DNA of 64,000 nucleotides from NCBI GenBank assembly GCA_951406725.2, contig OX597827.1, positions 55,552,001 to 55,616,000 on the forward strand, given 5' to 3'. Below are positions 1 through 13,116 of this stretch, piece after piece; position 1 is the first letter of the stretch, and each line of letters begins with the position of its first letter. The stretch comes from Octopus vulgaris (taxonomy: Eukaryota). A program made the translations under genes and the position numbers. The notes under the pieces are model-generated. The model searched no databases, was not told the DNA's origin, and saw only the letters and a list, made by a program, of their open reading frames with translations.

Positions 1-940
1 GGAATTGCCGGAAATTACCGGAAATTTACTGAGATTCCCGGAAATTGCTGGGAATTACCGGAAATTACTAGAGATTACCGGAAATTGCCTGAGTTCTCCG
101 GAGATTGACGGAGATTTCCCTACAAATGCTTGAAAAATATTTCGAAAATTTTCCCCAAAATTTTTGAAAAATTTTTTGAAAATTTTCTGAAAATATGAAA
201 ATTTTTGAAAAGTTTCTGAAAATTTTCCTTAACTTTTTCAAAAGATTTTTGAAAATATTCCCCAAAATTAGAAAAATTTTTGAAAACTTTCCCCAAAATT
301 TTTCAAAAGTGTTTTGAAAATTTTCATAAATTTTTGAAAAATTTTTTGAAAATTTTCAAATTGCCGGAAATGGCCTGATATTGCCAGAAATTACCGGAGA
401 TTGCCGGAAATTACCAAGATTTCCGCAAATTTTTCGAAAATTTTCCCAAAATTTATAAAAAATATTTTTGAAAATTTTCTGAAAATCTCCCAAAAAAATT
501 TTTGAAAGATATTTTGAAAATTTTCCTTATGAAAAAGAGTTTTTTTGAAAATTAAAAAAAATATTTCCAAAAATATTCGAAAAATTTTTCAAAATTCAAA
601 AGAAAAACTTTTCCCCCAAAATTTTAAAAACTTTTCTGAAAATCAAAAATTTTTGAAAAATTTAAAAAAGTTTTTTGAAAACAAAATTTTTGAAACAATG
701 TTTTGAAAATTTTCCCAAAATTTTTTTTTTCAAAAGTGTTTTGAAAATTTTCGAAAATTTTCCCCAAAATTTTTGAAAATTTTTGAAAATTTTTCTAAAA
801 TAAATATTTTGAAAATTTTCCAAAAATGAAAATTTTTTCCCAAATTTTAGAAAAGAAAATTTTCCCAAAATTTTTCAAAAATCTTTGAAAAGATTTTTGA
901 AAAATATTTCAAAATTTTCCCAAAATTTTTGAAAATTTTT
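1..940. repeat. Low-complexity degenerate satellite (CCGGAAATTR ~10-mers and GAAAATTTTT/CCCAAAA units)
   Basis: Directly visible reiteration of ccggaaattg/ccggagatt (1-120, 360-430) and gaaaattttt motifs; ORFs here are K/F/N-rich artefacts. Confidence 0.8.
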
Positions 941-1299
941 GTTTTGTACACCACCTGGTCTTGGTAAACTTTCCTATATATATACCTTTGAAACGTGGAG
1001 TAGATGAAACAAAGGCGGCTGAAGAAGGGAATTTTCCTTGTTTTGTATGTCCTGTACTCTATTTTTTCGTTGTTTAAGAAAAATGTCCATTTCTTTGGTT
1101 TTGTGTTTGTTTTCGTTTCTCATTGTGTTCGACGTTTTTTTGGTGTCCTGTACCCATATATGCATGTATATATACATGTAGAGGTAGGTACATACATATA
1201 TGTATGCATATATGCATGTTTTATTTATTTATTAATTTATATATATATATACATACATATATATATATAGTTATATACATATAGATATGGTACATATAT

Positions 1300-1505
1300 A
1301 AGTAAGGCATGAGAAACTGCATGTTTGACCGCTAAATCCACAATTTTTTTTATTTTCCCTGTTTATGTCCTCATGTTCCTTTCTATTGAAGAGCATAGGC
1401 TCAAAACGTAAAAGACTTTCTCACCTTCTCAAGCGTTAAACTAATACACCTGCTTGTTGTTTATACACCTGTCTTTGTCTTTTGCTTTTCTGTTAATTTA
1501 ACTAT
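1300..1505 (+). mobile_element. Short (TA)n-associated repeat with hammerhead-like core (family H copy 1)
   Basis: Shares CCTTT-CTRYYGAAGAGCRTAGGCTCGAAACGTAAAAGAC...CTAATACACCTGCTTGTTG...CACCTGTCTTTGTCTTTT with copies at 5420, 28975, 39525; ends in (TA)n. Confidence 0.7.
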
Positions 1506-1539
1506 ATATATATATGTATGTATATAGCAGCGCATCAGT

Positions 1540-1700
1540 GCTACCTCAAATCAACACCCAACTAAGCCAGATATATTCTTCAAGACACTGGGAGATGCCC
1601 TCTTTGCAGACCCATCAGGGGGACAATGTTCAGCAGAGATGGGACTCTCTCAGGGACATCATCCATAGAACTGCACTGAGAGCCTTTGTTAGTAGAAGGA
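1540..1700 (+). pseudogene. LINE (RTE-like) ORF fragment
   Basis: Translation ...DNVQQRWDSLRDIIHRTAL resembles the endonuclease-RT linker of RTE-clade LINEs; short and isolated. Confidence 0.35.
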
Positions 1701-3129
1701 AAATGACGAAAGTTCTTCATCCAGATCGTTTAGTCAGTCTCTCCAGAAAGAAAACTCCGATGTAACATGTGCAATTTTGCTTGCATCCAATGATTTAGAC
1801 AACTCTTTAGTTTTAGGTAATTGCATACATTATTTAGAGAACTAGATCGACCTTGTACGAGGCCTTTTCTTATTACAAAATGTTTCAGGTACATGAATCA
1901 CTTGATTATTTAATATCTCTATTAACGTCTCCATTATGAGTTGCAACATATGACTGGCTATAACCGAAAAAGAAAAAATACTCAACGAAAAATTCCATGA
2001 TGGAATGAAAGCATGCGTCAATGGGTGATATGTTCTCTGAACAGCTGCTTCAAGAGGCATCCATCATTGCCACATCTATGCAAAAAATGATCTCGAGCGG
2101 TAATGGAAAGCCATAACCATTCTGTTTATGCTTAAGCAATGGCATTGATCAAAATTAAGTTGCAGTCATCACATATGTACATACGTACATTCCTGATGAT
2201 TGTTTCTTTCTTTGTATGCATGTATGTATATTACACACACACACACACACAAAGACACTCGTAGCAGTAACACCTAGTATCGCTGGGGTTTATATTATAA
2301 AAAAGGATCAGAAACAGTTACAAAACCTGAGGCCATATCCTTAAAGTGATTTGTCCTTACATATATTTGATGTACCAAGGTCTAAAACTGTAGCCTACAA
2401 TTTCAAGCATCGATACATACATACATAATACATACATACATGCATGCATATATACATACATACAACAGAAATGCATTATTTCTTGCCAATAACAACATAA
2501 TTATCCAGATTCTTTGATTATTTTCTTACTTCTATTTGGAACGAGACATCTTTTCTGAAATTTTAAGATCATTAAACATCCTGTGTGAGTAAGAGAATAT
2601 CTTTCCTTGTTGTTTTTCCTTATTGACATCAACTTATATTGTTTGTCTAAATTTATTTATTTTAAATCGTTCATCTTTCTCTCCCCCCTCTCTCTCACAC
2701 ACATTACTTTGGGTGCGAAAGAGTTTTGTTTTTATTTTACGCTGAGTAAAAAAGTGTTTTGTTGACAATCCATTTATTTAACAACAAAGAAATAAAGAGG
2801 TGAGTAGCAATTTGTCAGTGAATTGCACAATATAAATGGGAACAATTTCCACTCCATTTCACGGACCACAAAAAGGGTTTTGTAGCATATTAGGAGGCCA
2901 GAGTAGTTGATTCCATGCAAAAAAAACCGATTATTTTTCTTAGTGAAAATCGTGCGAGTGTTAATCTACAAATTTAACAACATTTTTCCATTCATTTCTG
3001 TTTATGAACATGTATGCATGCACAAAACATGCAATAGGTGTATGTACATGTGTGTTCGTGTCTGTTGCCCATATATATTTATATTATATTATATATATAT
3101 ATAATATATATATAATATAACAAATTACA

Positions 3130-3241
3130 ACGGATTTTGCCCAAATTTGATGTCGATATTACTTAGTTTGGTTTGAAATAAAGAACTTGATTAGCTTAAT
3201 AATCGTAACTTAATCCTGGGCAAGGCCGGGTTATACTGCTA

Positions 3242-3243
<2 letters not shown>
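3130..3243 (+). mobile_element. Helitron-like 3' terminus (GC hairpin + CTAG)
   Basis: cctgggcaaggccggg hairpin followed ~8 nt later by ctagt, the typical Helitron 3' end; abuts (TA)n. Confidence 0.5.

Positions 3244-3295
<52 letters not shown>
3244..3295. repeat. (TA)n microsatellite
   Basis: Direct reading. Confidence 0.95.
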
Positions 3296-3298
<3 letters not shown>

Positions 3299-3691
3299 TT
3301 TTATCTGTTTCAGTCATTATACTGTGACCATGCTGGGGCACTCACTTTGAAGAACTTTTTAGCCAAATGAATTGACCCCAGTACTTATTTTTCTTTTTTA
3401 AGCTTGGTACTTATTCTGTTGGTAGCTTTTTGCCAAACCACTAAGTTATGGGGACATAAATAAGCTGACATCAGTTGTCAAGTAGTAGTGGGGGACAAAC
3501 ACACACATATATGACAGGCTTTTTTTCAGTTTTTATCTATCAAATTCACTCACAAGCAGGTGCCAAAGTGTGTGATTAGATCACTTTGCAATCATATGGT
3601 TTCAGGTTCAGTCCCACTGTGCAGCACTTCTACTATAGCCATGGATCAACCAAAGTCTTGAGGGTGAATTTGGTAGACAGAAACTGAGTGG

Positions 3692-3880
3692 AAGGCAGCG
3701 AGCTGGCAGAAATGTTAGCATGCCGGGCGAAATGCTTAGCAGTATTTCGTCTGCCGCTATGTTTTGAGTTCAAATTCCACCAAGGTTGACTTTGCCTTTC
3801 ATCCTTTCAGGGTCGATTAAATAAGTACCAGTTACGCACTGAAGTCGATATAATCGACTTAATCTGTTTGTCCCCTCTAT
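3692..3880 (+). mobile_element. SINE family B copy (tRNA-like head)
   Basis: aggcagcgagctggcagaa...gagttcaaattcc (A/B-box-like)...gcctttcatcctttcagggtcgat; many other copies in the window. Confidence 0.75.
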
Positions 3881-5419
3881 GTGTGTGTGCGTGTATCATC
3901 ATCATCATCATTTTAATATCAACTTTTCCATACTTGCATAGGTTGGACAGAGTTTATTGAGGCTGATTTTCTATGACCAGGTGTCCTTCTTGTCACTATC
4001 CCTCATCTGTTTCCAAGCAAGATAATATTTCTCCCCCCATGTCTCCATAGAATACTGGAAATTACCAACAGTGCTTGTATGACAGTGACACTCATTTACA
4101 ACTATAACACAATGTCAAGACAAGCAAACACAGACTCCTCCTCCTCCTCCTCATCATCATCATCATCATCACCACCACCAACAACAACAACGTGTGTTTT
4201 CCATGCTGGCATTGGTTGGATGGTTTGACAGGATCCAGTAAGCCACAGGGTTGTGTTGAGCTTCAATGTCAGCTATAGCATGGTTTCTACAGCTGGATGC
4301 TTTTCCTAACACAGCTACTTTATAGTGTGTGCTGTGTTCTCTTTTTGTGCCATAGGCACTAGTGAAGTTGCCATGTATCTTGCAAGACAAGAGAAGAACA
4401 AGAAAAGGAAAAATCCCCCTTGGTTAAGTGAGGGTAGAATCTGAGTGGTGGGGTAGCTGGTTTAATACTAGGTGTAGGTTGGGATAATAATAATAGGACA
4501 TGCACAATGTATTGTTGTTGTTAAGCAACAAGACGGGTAAGGGTGATTAGGTGATGGTCTAGGACTTAGGGGCAGGAGACCCCAGACCTTGGAAAAAAAA
4601 AAAAAACTTAAGTCGTCTTGTAGTCGAAGGCTCTTCGTTGACGCCCGACACCACTGGGAGGTGGCCCTCAAAGTCACTGGAAATGGAGATCTCCAGGTCC
4701 AAATTCTTGAATGGCTGCACAATGTATATTGCTATAGTGGAGATACAAGGCTACTTCACATCATGTAAGGGTGAGTGGAAGTAGCTGAAAATAAAACAAG
4801 ATAGTAATACTTATGATGAACTTCTTTCAGTTTCCATGTACTAAATCCACTCACAAGGTTTTGGTCAGCCCAGGGTTATATTTGAAGACATTTGATCAAG
4901 GTGCTATGCAGTGGGACTGGATCCAAAAAATTCTTGTTGGGAAACAAATTTCTTAACACACACAATATACAATATCATAGAGGTAAAACTAAATATAGGT
5001 CAGGAGTGAAAATTAGCTGTAGGAATTTCCTTGCTTCTATTATTAGACCAGTCAGCTTGTCAAGTGGATTAAGTAACAGATTACTAAGGATGTTACCTGA
5101 AATAATTTGGTTTTCTATCTTGGGGAGAATTTAATTCTCATCTGTTTCATAGTACGGAAGTGGAATTCAGCATTGACCCTTAAAAAACTGTTACAGGTTT
5201 TAGGAAGCATTTGCATACACACACACACATTCTCTCTCTCTCTTAGTGTCTATGTCTGCTTGTGATTATGCAGGTATCCAAAAAAATTAGCGGATGCATG
5301 GTACATATATTTAGTGTGCATATATATATATACACATATACATACACACATGTATATATATACACACACACACATATATCACCATGTTGGATTTCTGAAC
5401 TTGACATGTTTTTTTTTCA

Positions 5420-5572
5420 TTCACTCTCTATTTCCTCTTATTCCTTTCTGTCGAAGAGTGTAAGCTCGACACGTATAAGACTTTTCCATTTTTCCCAAGC
5501 ATCAAACTAATACACTTCCTTGTTGTTCCTACACCTGTTTTCGTCTTTTATTTTTCTATAAATTTCAACTAT
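5420..5572 (+). mobile_element. Family H copy 2 (hammerhead-like core)
   Basis: cctttctgtcgaagagtgtaagctcgacacgtataagac; same downstream body; ends in (TA)n. Confidence 0.7.
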
Positions 5573-7709
5573 ATATATACATACATATATATATGCACAT
5601 ATATACTCACACATACATACACATAAACATGTATACACACACATGTACATACGTGTGTGTGTATGTTCTAACACAACTTGTGTTCAGTTGACCTTGCTAC
5701 AAATAGCAATTGAATCTACTTCAAAACACTTCAATCCATCTTAAAAACAGGCCACTTAGGATATTTCACTGTTAGAAAATAAAAATAAAGATTGAATGTT
5801 CTTGACAGAAATGCATTTGATCATATGTCTGCTCATTAAGAGTTGACCTGGAGTTAAACAGTGATACCAACAGGTGTTGTACCAAAAAGATAACTTGACC
5901 GCTTGACCAATAACATATATATGAGATTGAAATATGCATTGGAGGTGGGGGTGATATAACTGACTAAAGCCCCTTCAAGATCTTATCCATTACACTGAAA
6001 TAGTAGACCAAGTGTTCCCTGCTAATCACATCTAACTTTTCAATCTTTCTCTATAGGTTCTATTCCTATCTACAGCAGTATGAAATATTGCATCCTATTC
6101 ATAAGAAGAGCAATCTTGAACCTGCAAACTTCTGTATTCTAAGACTGCTCTTATTTATCTCATTTAGCATCTCTTTCTCTTCACAGAAACCATAAGTATA
6201 GTTTTGCTGGGTCAGGTTTACTGGGGATTTGCTCTCCAATAGCATCAAGAGATGGCTCCTGAAAAGCTTTGTGAACCTATCTGAAAATAATATTGTCTTT
6301 GTCATTAGCAAATTCTTAACCTTTAGCACACTGCATTTCCCCTAAAATTGTTTCCCCGAGTGATGTTTTTGCTAATTGCTTTAGCTACCCTAAAACAATT
6401 AGTGAGCAGACAGGCACCTTCTTGGTTATTTCACTTTTGTTTCCGCAGAACATCCAGTATGTGTTTGTGTGTGTGAGAAAGAGAGAGAGAGAGAGAGAGA
6501 TGCACTAACACTTGGCTAGTACTCAAAATCTCTCTCTCTCTCACTGCCATCCCTCCTGATTCCCCACATCACTCTTTCAACTTCAATTCTGAGGGCTGAA
6601 GCCAAGAAAATGGCAAAAGTTCTAGCAACAACACGGTGCCAAGTGGACCACTTTTGGTAAGCAGAACTCCCTTTTTTACTTTCTGATGAAGTGCAAGACC
6701 CTAAACTAAACATTTTAGATTCTACATTCTTTATGACAACTGAGCTAATAAAATTGTTGTAATGTTTCTTGAGCTTATATTACTTTGCTTCAATTTTTCA
6801 TCCATAAAAGGGTGACTTGCACAATCTTTTAGCAACCATCTTCTGTCATCATTAATCAAAAGCTGAGATAACAATAGCAACGTTTCATTGCAGAATAGTA
6901 TAGGAAAAAATAAAAATACAAAAAAATCTACCTTAGATTTAAGCCTGACTTGTGCCATACAAATCAAGATTCAACAGAGTGAAGGAGAAAAAATTCAGTG
7001 ACTAATCAAGAAGCAAAATCTTGTGAGCTCATGACTTCTAATGATATGAACTATCTGTTTCAATTAATTTTGAAAGTAATCAAGAATTTGGTGGGATTTA
7101 GTAAAATAGGTAACTTCACCCTATATGCGGTGGTGAAACAAGTTTTTAATTACATAATTACGCATGCATCCATTTTCAATGCTAATTACTTTGTGAAAGT
7201 CATAAATATTCAAATTATAATTTTATTTTATACTGAAAATTGCCATGCATATTTGGAAAGCAATAAGAACCAACTCCAGAATTGGACATCAAAAATCCCC
7301 ACCAAAAAACCCAGACAAACTAGGAAAGTTTATGAAATTATTCTCTTACTGGTTTTAGTAACTGGATTGTGGCCATACTGGAACACTGCTTTCAATACTG
7401 TAGCTGGTTATATTGGCTATACACAATTATAGTTGAATGTAAGGCAGTGAGCTGGAAGAATCATTAGTGGCATCTCTTCCAGCTCTTTATGTTCTGAATT
7501 AAAATATTGCTGTGGTTGATTTTACTGGTACAGGGGTTGATGGAATTGACTCACCCCCAGGCCCTGAAACTGTTGACCTTGTGCTAAAATTTGAAACACC
7601 ATTATAATTGATTATAGTCATTATAATTGACTGTACTTGATTACAGGCTTACTCATTTACAGCTGAGTAGACTGGAGCAATATGAAATGAAGTGTTTTGC
7701 TCAAGAACA

Positions 7710-8070
7710 AAATGCATTGTCCAGTCTGGGAATTGAAATCAAGGTCTTGTGATCATGAGTGTAACACCCTAACCAAGAGGTCATGTGCCTTCATGAAGAC
7801 ACAGAGTCTTGGTTAAATGAAATTCATTTATAAACTTATATGCAGAACTAAAAGTTTGCTTTTTGAACAGTCTTCACATTGTTCAGACCAAAATGCACCA
7901 CCTGCTCCAGGAATTGAAACTAAGATCTTGCAATCATGAGTGCAGTACCCTAACCACGTGGCCACACATCTGCATGAAAAGACAGAGAGTCTTGGCTAAA
8001 TGAAATATATTTATAAACCTACATGCAGAACTAAAATTTTGCTTTTTGAACATTCTCCAAATTGTTCAGA
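7710..8070. repeat. Diverged tandem duplication (~180 bp x2) containing a SINE head and unique flank
   Basis: gagtcttggYtaaatgaaat...tataaacYtaYatgcagaactaaaa...gctttttgaaca...attgttcagac appears twice. Confidence 0.75.
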
Positions 8071-9214
8071 CACAAATAAAATATAAATAACAAGCAATTT
8101 TTTTTCCTATTGTGGAAATAACCTTGAAAAATTTATTTTAATAAAATTAAAATGTCAACAATAAAATGAATTCTCATTAGTAAATTATTGAAAATTGGTT
8201 TAAATAAGCCACTGTATCACGTTCTCTTTTTTTCTTCTCTTCATCCAAAACTTGATCATACAAAGCCAAACTTATTAAATGGGCTCACATTTACAGTGGA
8301 ACATTATAAAAAAGGAAACAAAAAATTATTCCTTTTTTTTTCCGAAAAACAAAATGAAGATAAATATTGTGCTTACCCTTTCTTGTCAAAACATTCATCC
8401 AAAATATTTATAGAATGAATGAGTTTTTTTTTTCTTCTCTCATTTTAAAATAAACAAGAAAAAAAAATGTTATAAACACAATTTATGTCAAATGTATATA
8501 AAATGGTATGGCTATAGAACAAGTAATATTGTAACTAACTCAAAAAGTCAGTATGCATGTGTGATGTCTGAATGTGTGTGTGCTTGTGTATGTATATTCA
8601 TAACAAACACCGATATAATATATGTATATATCAGTATGTGCATATAAGTATATATAATATACTATATATAATAAACATTGTTCTCATGCACCAGTGCAGT
8701 GAATAGTCAATTACTTGACTTTGTGATCAGAGAATCTTTCAATGGGTCATCAGATGTATTGACTTCAAGAGGGAAAAACAGATGTTGTGATGTTCATGCA
8801 TTTTCCCAAGAACACTGGAAGTTTTCGTGAAGTCAGTTACAATCAGGTTATAACTTCAGCTCATCAGAAATATATATCTTATTATTTGGCCCTAACCACA
8901 AACATACATATTTACCTAGTCGATACTGACACTTCCCCATCATCACTAGTGTGGGTTTCTCATTTCCATTTATCACAGATTTGCTGTGAAAAAAAAAATA
9001 ATAGATGTGAGAAACTCAGAGTAGCAACAGAGAGAAACCTCAACTTAAAATACATACATATATTATAATATATATATGTATTTACCTAAAAAGTATGTAA
9101 TACATGGAGTAAACTAGTGTATATCATTTAATATACCCAGGATCTAAATGTGAGCTACTATCAGTTTCATTAGACGCATGAAACTAATAGCAGATTGCTT
9201 TTAAATCTTCTGCA

Positions 9215-9845
9215 GATTGGTTTCAAATTTTAGCACAAGGCCAGCAACTTTGAAGCAGGCGGTAAGTTGATTACATCAACTCCAATGTTTAACTGGTACT
9301 TATTTCATTGACCCTGAAAGGATGAAAGATAAAGTTGACCTTGGCAGAATTTTGCCTGGTGTGCTAACAATTCTGCTAGCTCACCACCTTATAAGATACT
9401 GGTTTCAAATTTTGGTACAAGGCCAGCAATTTCAGAGCAGAGGGTAAGTCAGTTATATTGATCCCAGTGCTCAACTGGTACTTATTTTATCAACCCCAAA
9501 AGGATGAAAAACAAAGTCAACCTTGGCAGAATTTGAACTCAGAATGTAAAGATGGACGAAATACCATTAAGTATTTTGCCCGGTGTGCTAATGATTCTAC
9601 CAACTTGCTGCCTTACAAGAAATTTAATATTGGTTCAAATTTTGGCACAAAGCCAGCAATTTCAGAGCAGAGGTAAGTCGATTGCATCATCCCCAGTGTT
9701 TGACTGGTACTTATATTATTGACTCCAAAAGGATGAAAGGTAAAGTCAACCTCGGCAGAATTTGAACTCAGAACATAAAAATGGGCTGAAATACCACTAA
9801 GCATTTTGCCTGGTGTGCTAATGCTTTTGCCAGCTTACCACCTTA
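9215..9845 (-). mobile_element. Three head-to-tail SINE family B copies
   Basis: Three units ggtttcaaattttggcacaaggccagcaa...aactggtacttat...aggatgaaag...gaatttgaactcagaa...gctaa. Confidence 0.75.
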
Positions 9846-10008
9846 AATCCTGAGTATATTAAACGATATTTATCTCTCACTGGATGGAGTACTCTTTTGT
9901 TGATCCCACCAATCACGGAACAGTACATAATATGTGTGTGCATGTGTATGTCTATTCTGTGTATTGCACACTTTTTAACCTATTTCTTATCTCAAACATA
10001 TGTATATG

Positions 10009-10480
10009 TTTTTGAAGTGGAATTCTACTTCAAACACCCCATATAATCTCTCATAACTTTTTTATTTTTTGGAATTTTCAGAAAATTTTTGCAAATTTGT
10101 GAACTACATATGGGGATTTATACAATCATGGGGGAACAAATGCCTATTATTTAAGGGATATTTAGCTGTTATTTTTAGCACATCTCATGATCACCTGATA
10201 CTCTCCTTGTTTGTTTGTCACTTTAACGTATTGATGAATTTCAAAATCTTTCTCCTCATAAACACATTTAATGATGTATTGCTGGGATTTAAGCAAAAAA
10301 TTCAGACTGTCTGTATTTTAAACTGATTTAAAGAAACAAAATATTTTTTCCATAATCATATGAATTCCTGTGAGTAGAATATTTGCAAAATATTTCTGAA
10401 AATTCAAAAAGAAAAATAATAAATAAAAAAGTTATGAGGGATTATATGGGGTGCTTAAAGCAGAATTCTGCCATTTTAAA
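10009..10480. mobile_element. MITE with ~55-bp terminal inverted repeats
   Basis: gaattctacttcaaacaccccatataatctctcataacttttt ... aaaaagttatgagggattatatggggtgcttaaagcagaattc; partial copy at ~15357-15395. Confidence 0.65.
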
Positions 10481-11479
10481 ATTTATATATGTACTCACTC
10501 AGACCCACACTCTTCTGTTAAAAGTTAATAATAAAAAAAAAAAAACGGGTGCTTGATATGTGTCTTCTTTAAAAGATTTATAGAATCAGTATACGAATAT
10601 TATTCATGTAATTAATAAATAAATGAGTACCTCTTACACCAGAGATTGATGTTTTGTAAGAATCATCAGAAAGCCAAAGAACATTAATTAAATATGAAAT
10701 TTTTAATAACAGTTATTAATTTAAACAAAATTTCTGAACACAAATAATTTTGTGTTTAATGTGTGAACATGTGTGTTTTTAAACACATACATTAATAACC
10801 AAGAATGATCAAGAATTTTAAGAGTATTTTTATGTAGTTAAAATTTTCTCAGCAGTTAAATTTTAAAATATTGAGAATTGGAATTCATAAGATATTACAT
10901 TAAAATAATCAGATGTTAAAAAGGAATATCATTCACCAATTTTTTTTTTCGTCACAATAGAAGTTGAATTTATTATTTATATCAGTATATCGAGGTAGGG
11001 GAGTGGGGTGAGTAAATCACTGTAAATAAACAATTACCTGTAATTAACTGTACACTTGAAGCAAATTGTACTGGTTTTATATTTGGATATATCAATACAT
11101 ACACACACGTTTCTTGTTTGATCATAATTTGACATGGGGGAGTGGGAATACATTAAAGTGTTCAACAGATCCATGTATGTCAAGTCTAAAGTGTAAATGC
11201 CATATCATGGCTTCATGCAGGTAATATGTGTGTGTGTGTGTGTGTGTGCGTGTGTGTGCGTGTGTGTGTGTGTTAGTGGGTGGGTGCACATGCAAGCATG
11301 TTTGAAAACTGTCCATAATGATTCAAAGGCTATAAGTAATAGAGAATGAAGGTGGAGGGAAGTGAGAAAAATGCTCAATTGATCATCAAAAAAAAAAAAA
11401 AAAAATGGACAAACACCGTCATCATCATCATCATCATCATCATCATCAATAATAATAATAACAACAATAATAATAATAT

Positions 11480-11625
11480 TTAAAAGGCCGGGAGAGCTGC
11501 AGCAGATTTAGATTTAGATTTAGATTTTGATTTTGTAGAAGAAACTGGTATTTCATCGTCGTCTTCCTCCAACAAAGGAGCTGCTTCTTCTGTGATAGGA
11601 TCTGATGTGGATACTTTGGAGAAAG
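11480..11625 (-). CDS. CHMP7: CHMP7 coding exon 10 (last): (S)FSKVSTSDPITEEAAPLLEEDDDEIPVSSTKSKSKSKSKSAAALPAF*
   Basis: Acceptor attttcag, phase 1 matches exon 9; TAA stop at 11482-11480; gives total of 454 aa. Confidence 0.75.
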
Positions 11626-12273
11626 CTGAAAATATTAAAAAACAGATATCAGAATCAGTGAAAGAAAAGAAGTCTTAAACAAAGAAATATCTTTCTATTT
11701 TTATATAATTTTTTTCTCTTTTAAAATTGTATATGTATGTGCATAAATGCATGTTGCAAAAGTGTCAGGAGGGTAGAGATGTATGATGGTGGAGAAGGAG
11801 AGATTATTTAGTAGTGCAGAAGAGTGATCAATGTGAAATGTGAGAGGAGAGGTACAATAGCAAGAAAGAAGATGGGATGGATGACAAGTGAAATGGCTTT
11901 GGGTATACTGAGAAAGATAACTGGTATCAGGGAAACAAGAACACTAAATATGCAGTTCTGTTCTCATTTAATTTCAGCAGCAGAATATTGCAGTTTGGTA
12001 GGTAATGGATGAGATTAAAGACAGAGAGAGATGATGGGTAGTGGGGAAAGGCTTGAGAAAGAAATTGGACAAGGGGCTCAGTTATGCGTGTGCATATCAT
12101 GCATTCAAAATCTCAGTTTTGTCATGATGGGTGAGTTTTTTTGAGTGCTGCATATCGCCATGCAAAGTAATGTAATTCTAGAGAGTATCTAAATTATGAA
12201 AAAGCAAATAAACTAACAAGTTAGAAAATCTCTATAAGAGATGAAAGTAGTAACTATACTGAGAAGTAATATG

Positions 12274-12449
12274 TAGGAATCAACATTACTACCATTTTAA
12301 CCCCAGGAGGATGCCTTCTCTAGCTGGTTATTCAATGCAATCTGCACCTGATGTATACTGAAAAATATATATCAGGTGCAGATTGCACCAAATAACCAGC
12401 TGGAGGAGGCATACTCTTGGGGTTAAAATGGTAGCAATGTTGGTTCCTA
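12274..12449. repeat. Fold-back element (~80-bp arms, ~10-nt loop) in CHMP7 intron 9
   Basis: taggaatcaacattactaccattttaacccc...atctgcacctgat / atcaggtgcagatt...ggggttaaaatggtagcaatgttggttccta. Confidence 0.85.
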
Positions 12450-12563
12450 TGGAGCAGCTATGTTCAAGTGGCGATATACATTACTTCAAATAAACTAAGT
12501 TAAAACTTACAGCTGCATGAGGTTTTACACCAAACTTTCCTCTTAGATATATAACAAACTCAC

Positions 12564-12738
12564 ATTTATCTTGAATCCTCAAATTGGAAAGTGATTTGGC
12601 AAGAGCCTCATCTTCTGCAGCACATTCCTCTTCTTTGATCAATTTCTGCAACTCATCCTCTAATGCTTCAGAATCTTCATTGGAATCTGGCCAGGCATTG
12701 GCCAACAAGTGGCTAACTTCTTCCTGTTCTCCAAGAGT
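12564..12738 (-). CDS. CHMP7: CHMP7 coding exon 9: TLGEQEEVSHLLANAWPDSNEDSEALEDELQKLIKEEE...LAKSLSNLRIQDK
   Basis: cttgcag acceptor, gtgagt donor; Snf7/ESCRT-III acidic helix 'ALEDELQKL'; 175 nt. Confidence 0.9.
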
Positions 12739-13017
12739 CTGCAAGACAAATAATCATTGATCAATATATATATATATATTCAGTTTTTCTAAGCCCTGTA
12801 AAAGAATTTGGAAGGTTGGGGGTTGGGCCTCCAACCAGACCTTTCACAATACCCTTAAAGCTAGTAATTTTTCACCCCATTGTATGTGTGTGTGTGTGTA
12901 TATATATCTATATATATCACCTGTCAGCAAATACATCAAATAATCATGATAGCAAATATATAATACAACATCCTATACAGAATGCCACTGTGTGTGCGTG
13001 TGCATGTGTGTACTTAC

Positions 13018-13116
13018 ATCATGTAGCTGGTCGATTACATTTTCCGCCTTCTCAAGATTGATGTCTTTGGTTAGCACCTTCATTGCAGAAACACCACATG
13101 CATAAGCTTCGAGAAC
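13018..13116 (-). CDS. CHMP7: CHMP7 coding exon 8: VLEAYACGVSAMKVLTKDINLEKAENVIDQLHD
   Basis: attag acceptor, gtaagt donor; Snf7 domain motif V..AY..G..A.K; 99 nt. Confidence 0.9.

Noticed and set aside
6998-7432. 144-aa ORF
   Set aside because: Non-ATG start, AT-rich composition, ends in a SINE fragment, no recognisable domain
11507-11530. Telomere-like (TTTAGA)n
   Set aside because: It is the coding KS repeat in the last CHMP7 exon
12345-12380. Hammerhead core in the loop of the 12274 hairpin
   Set aside because: CTGATG there is just the reverse complement of the opposite arm; stem II and A9 are absent
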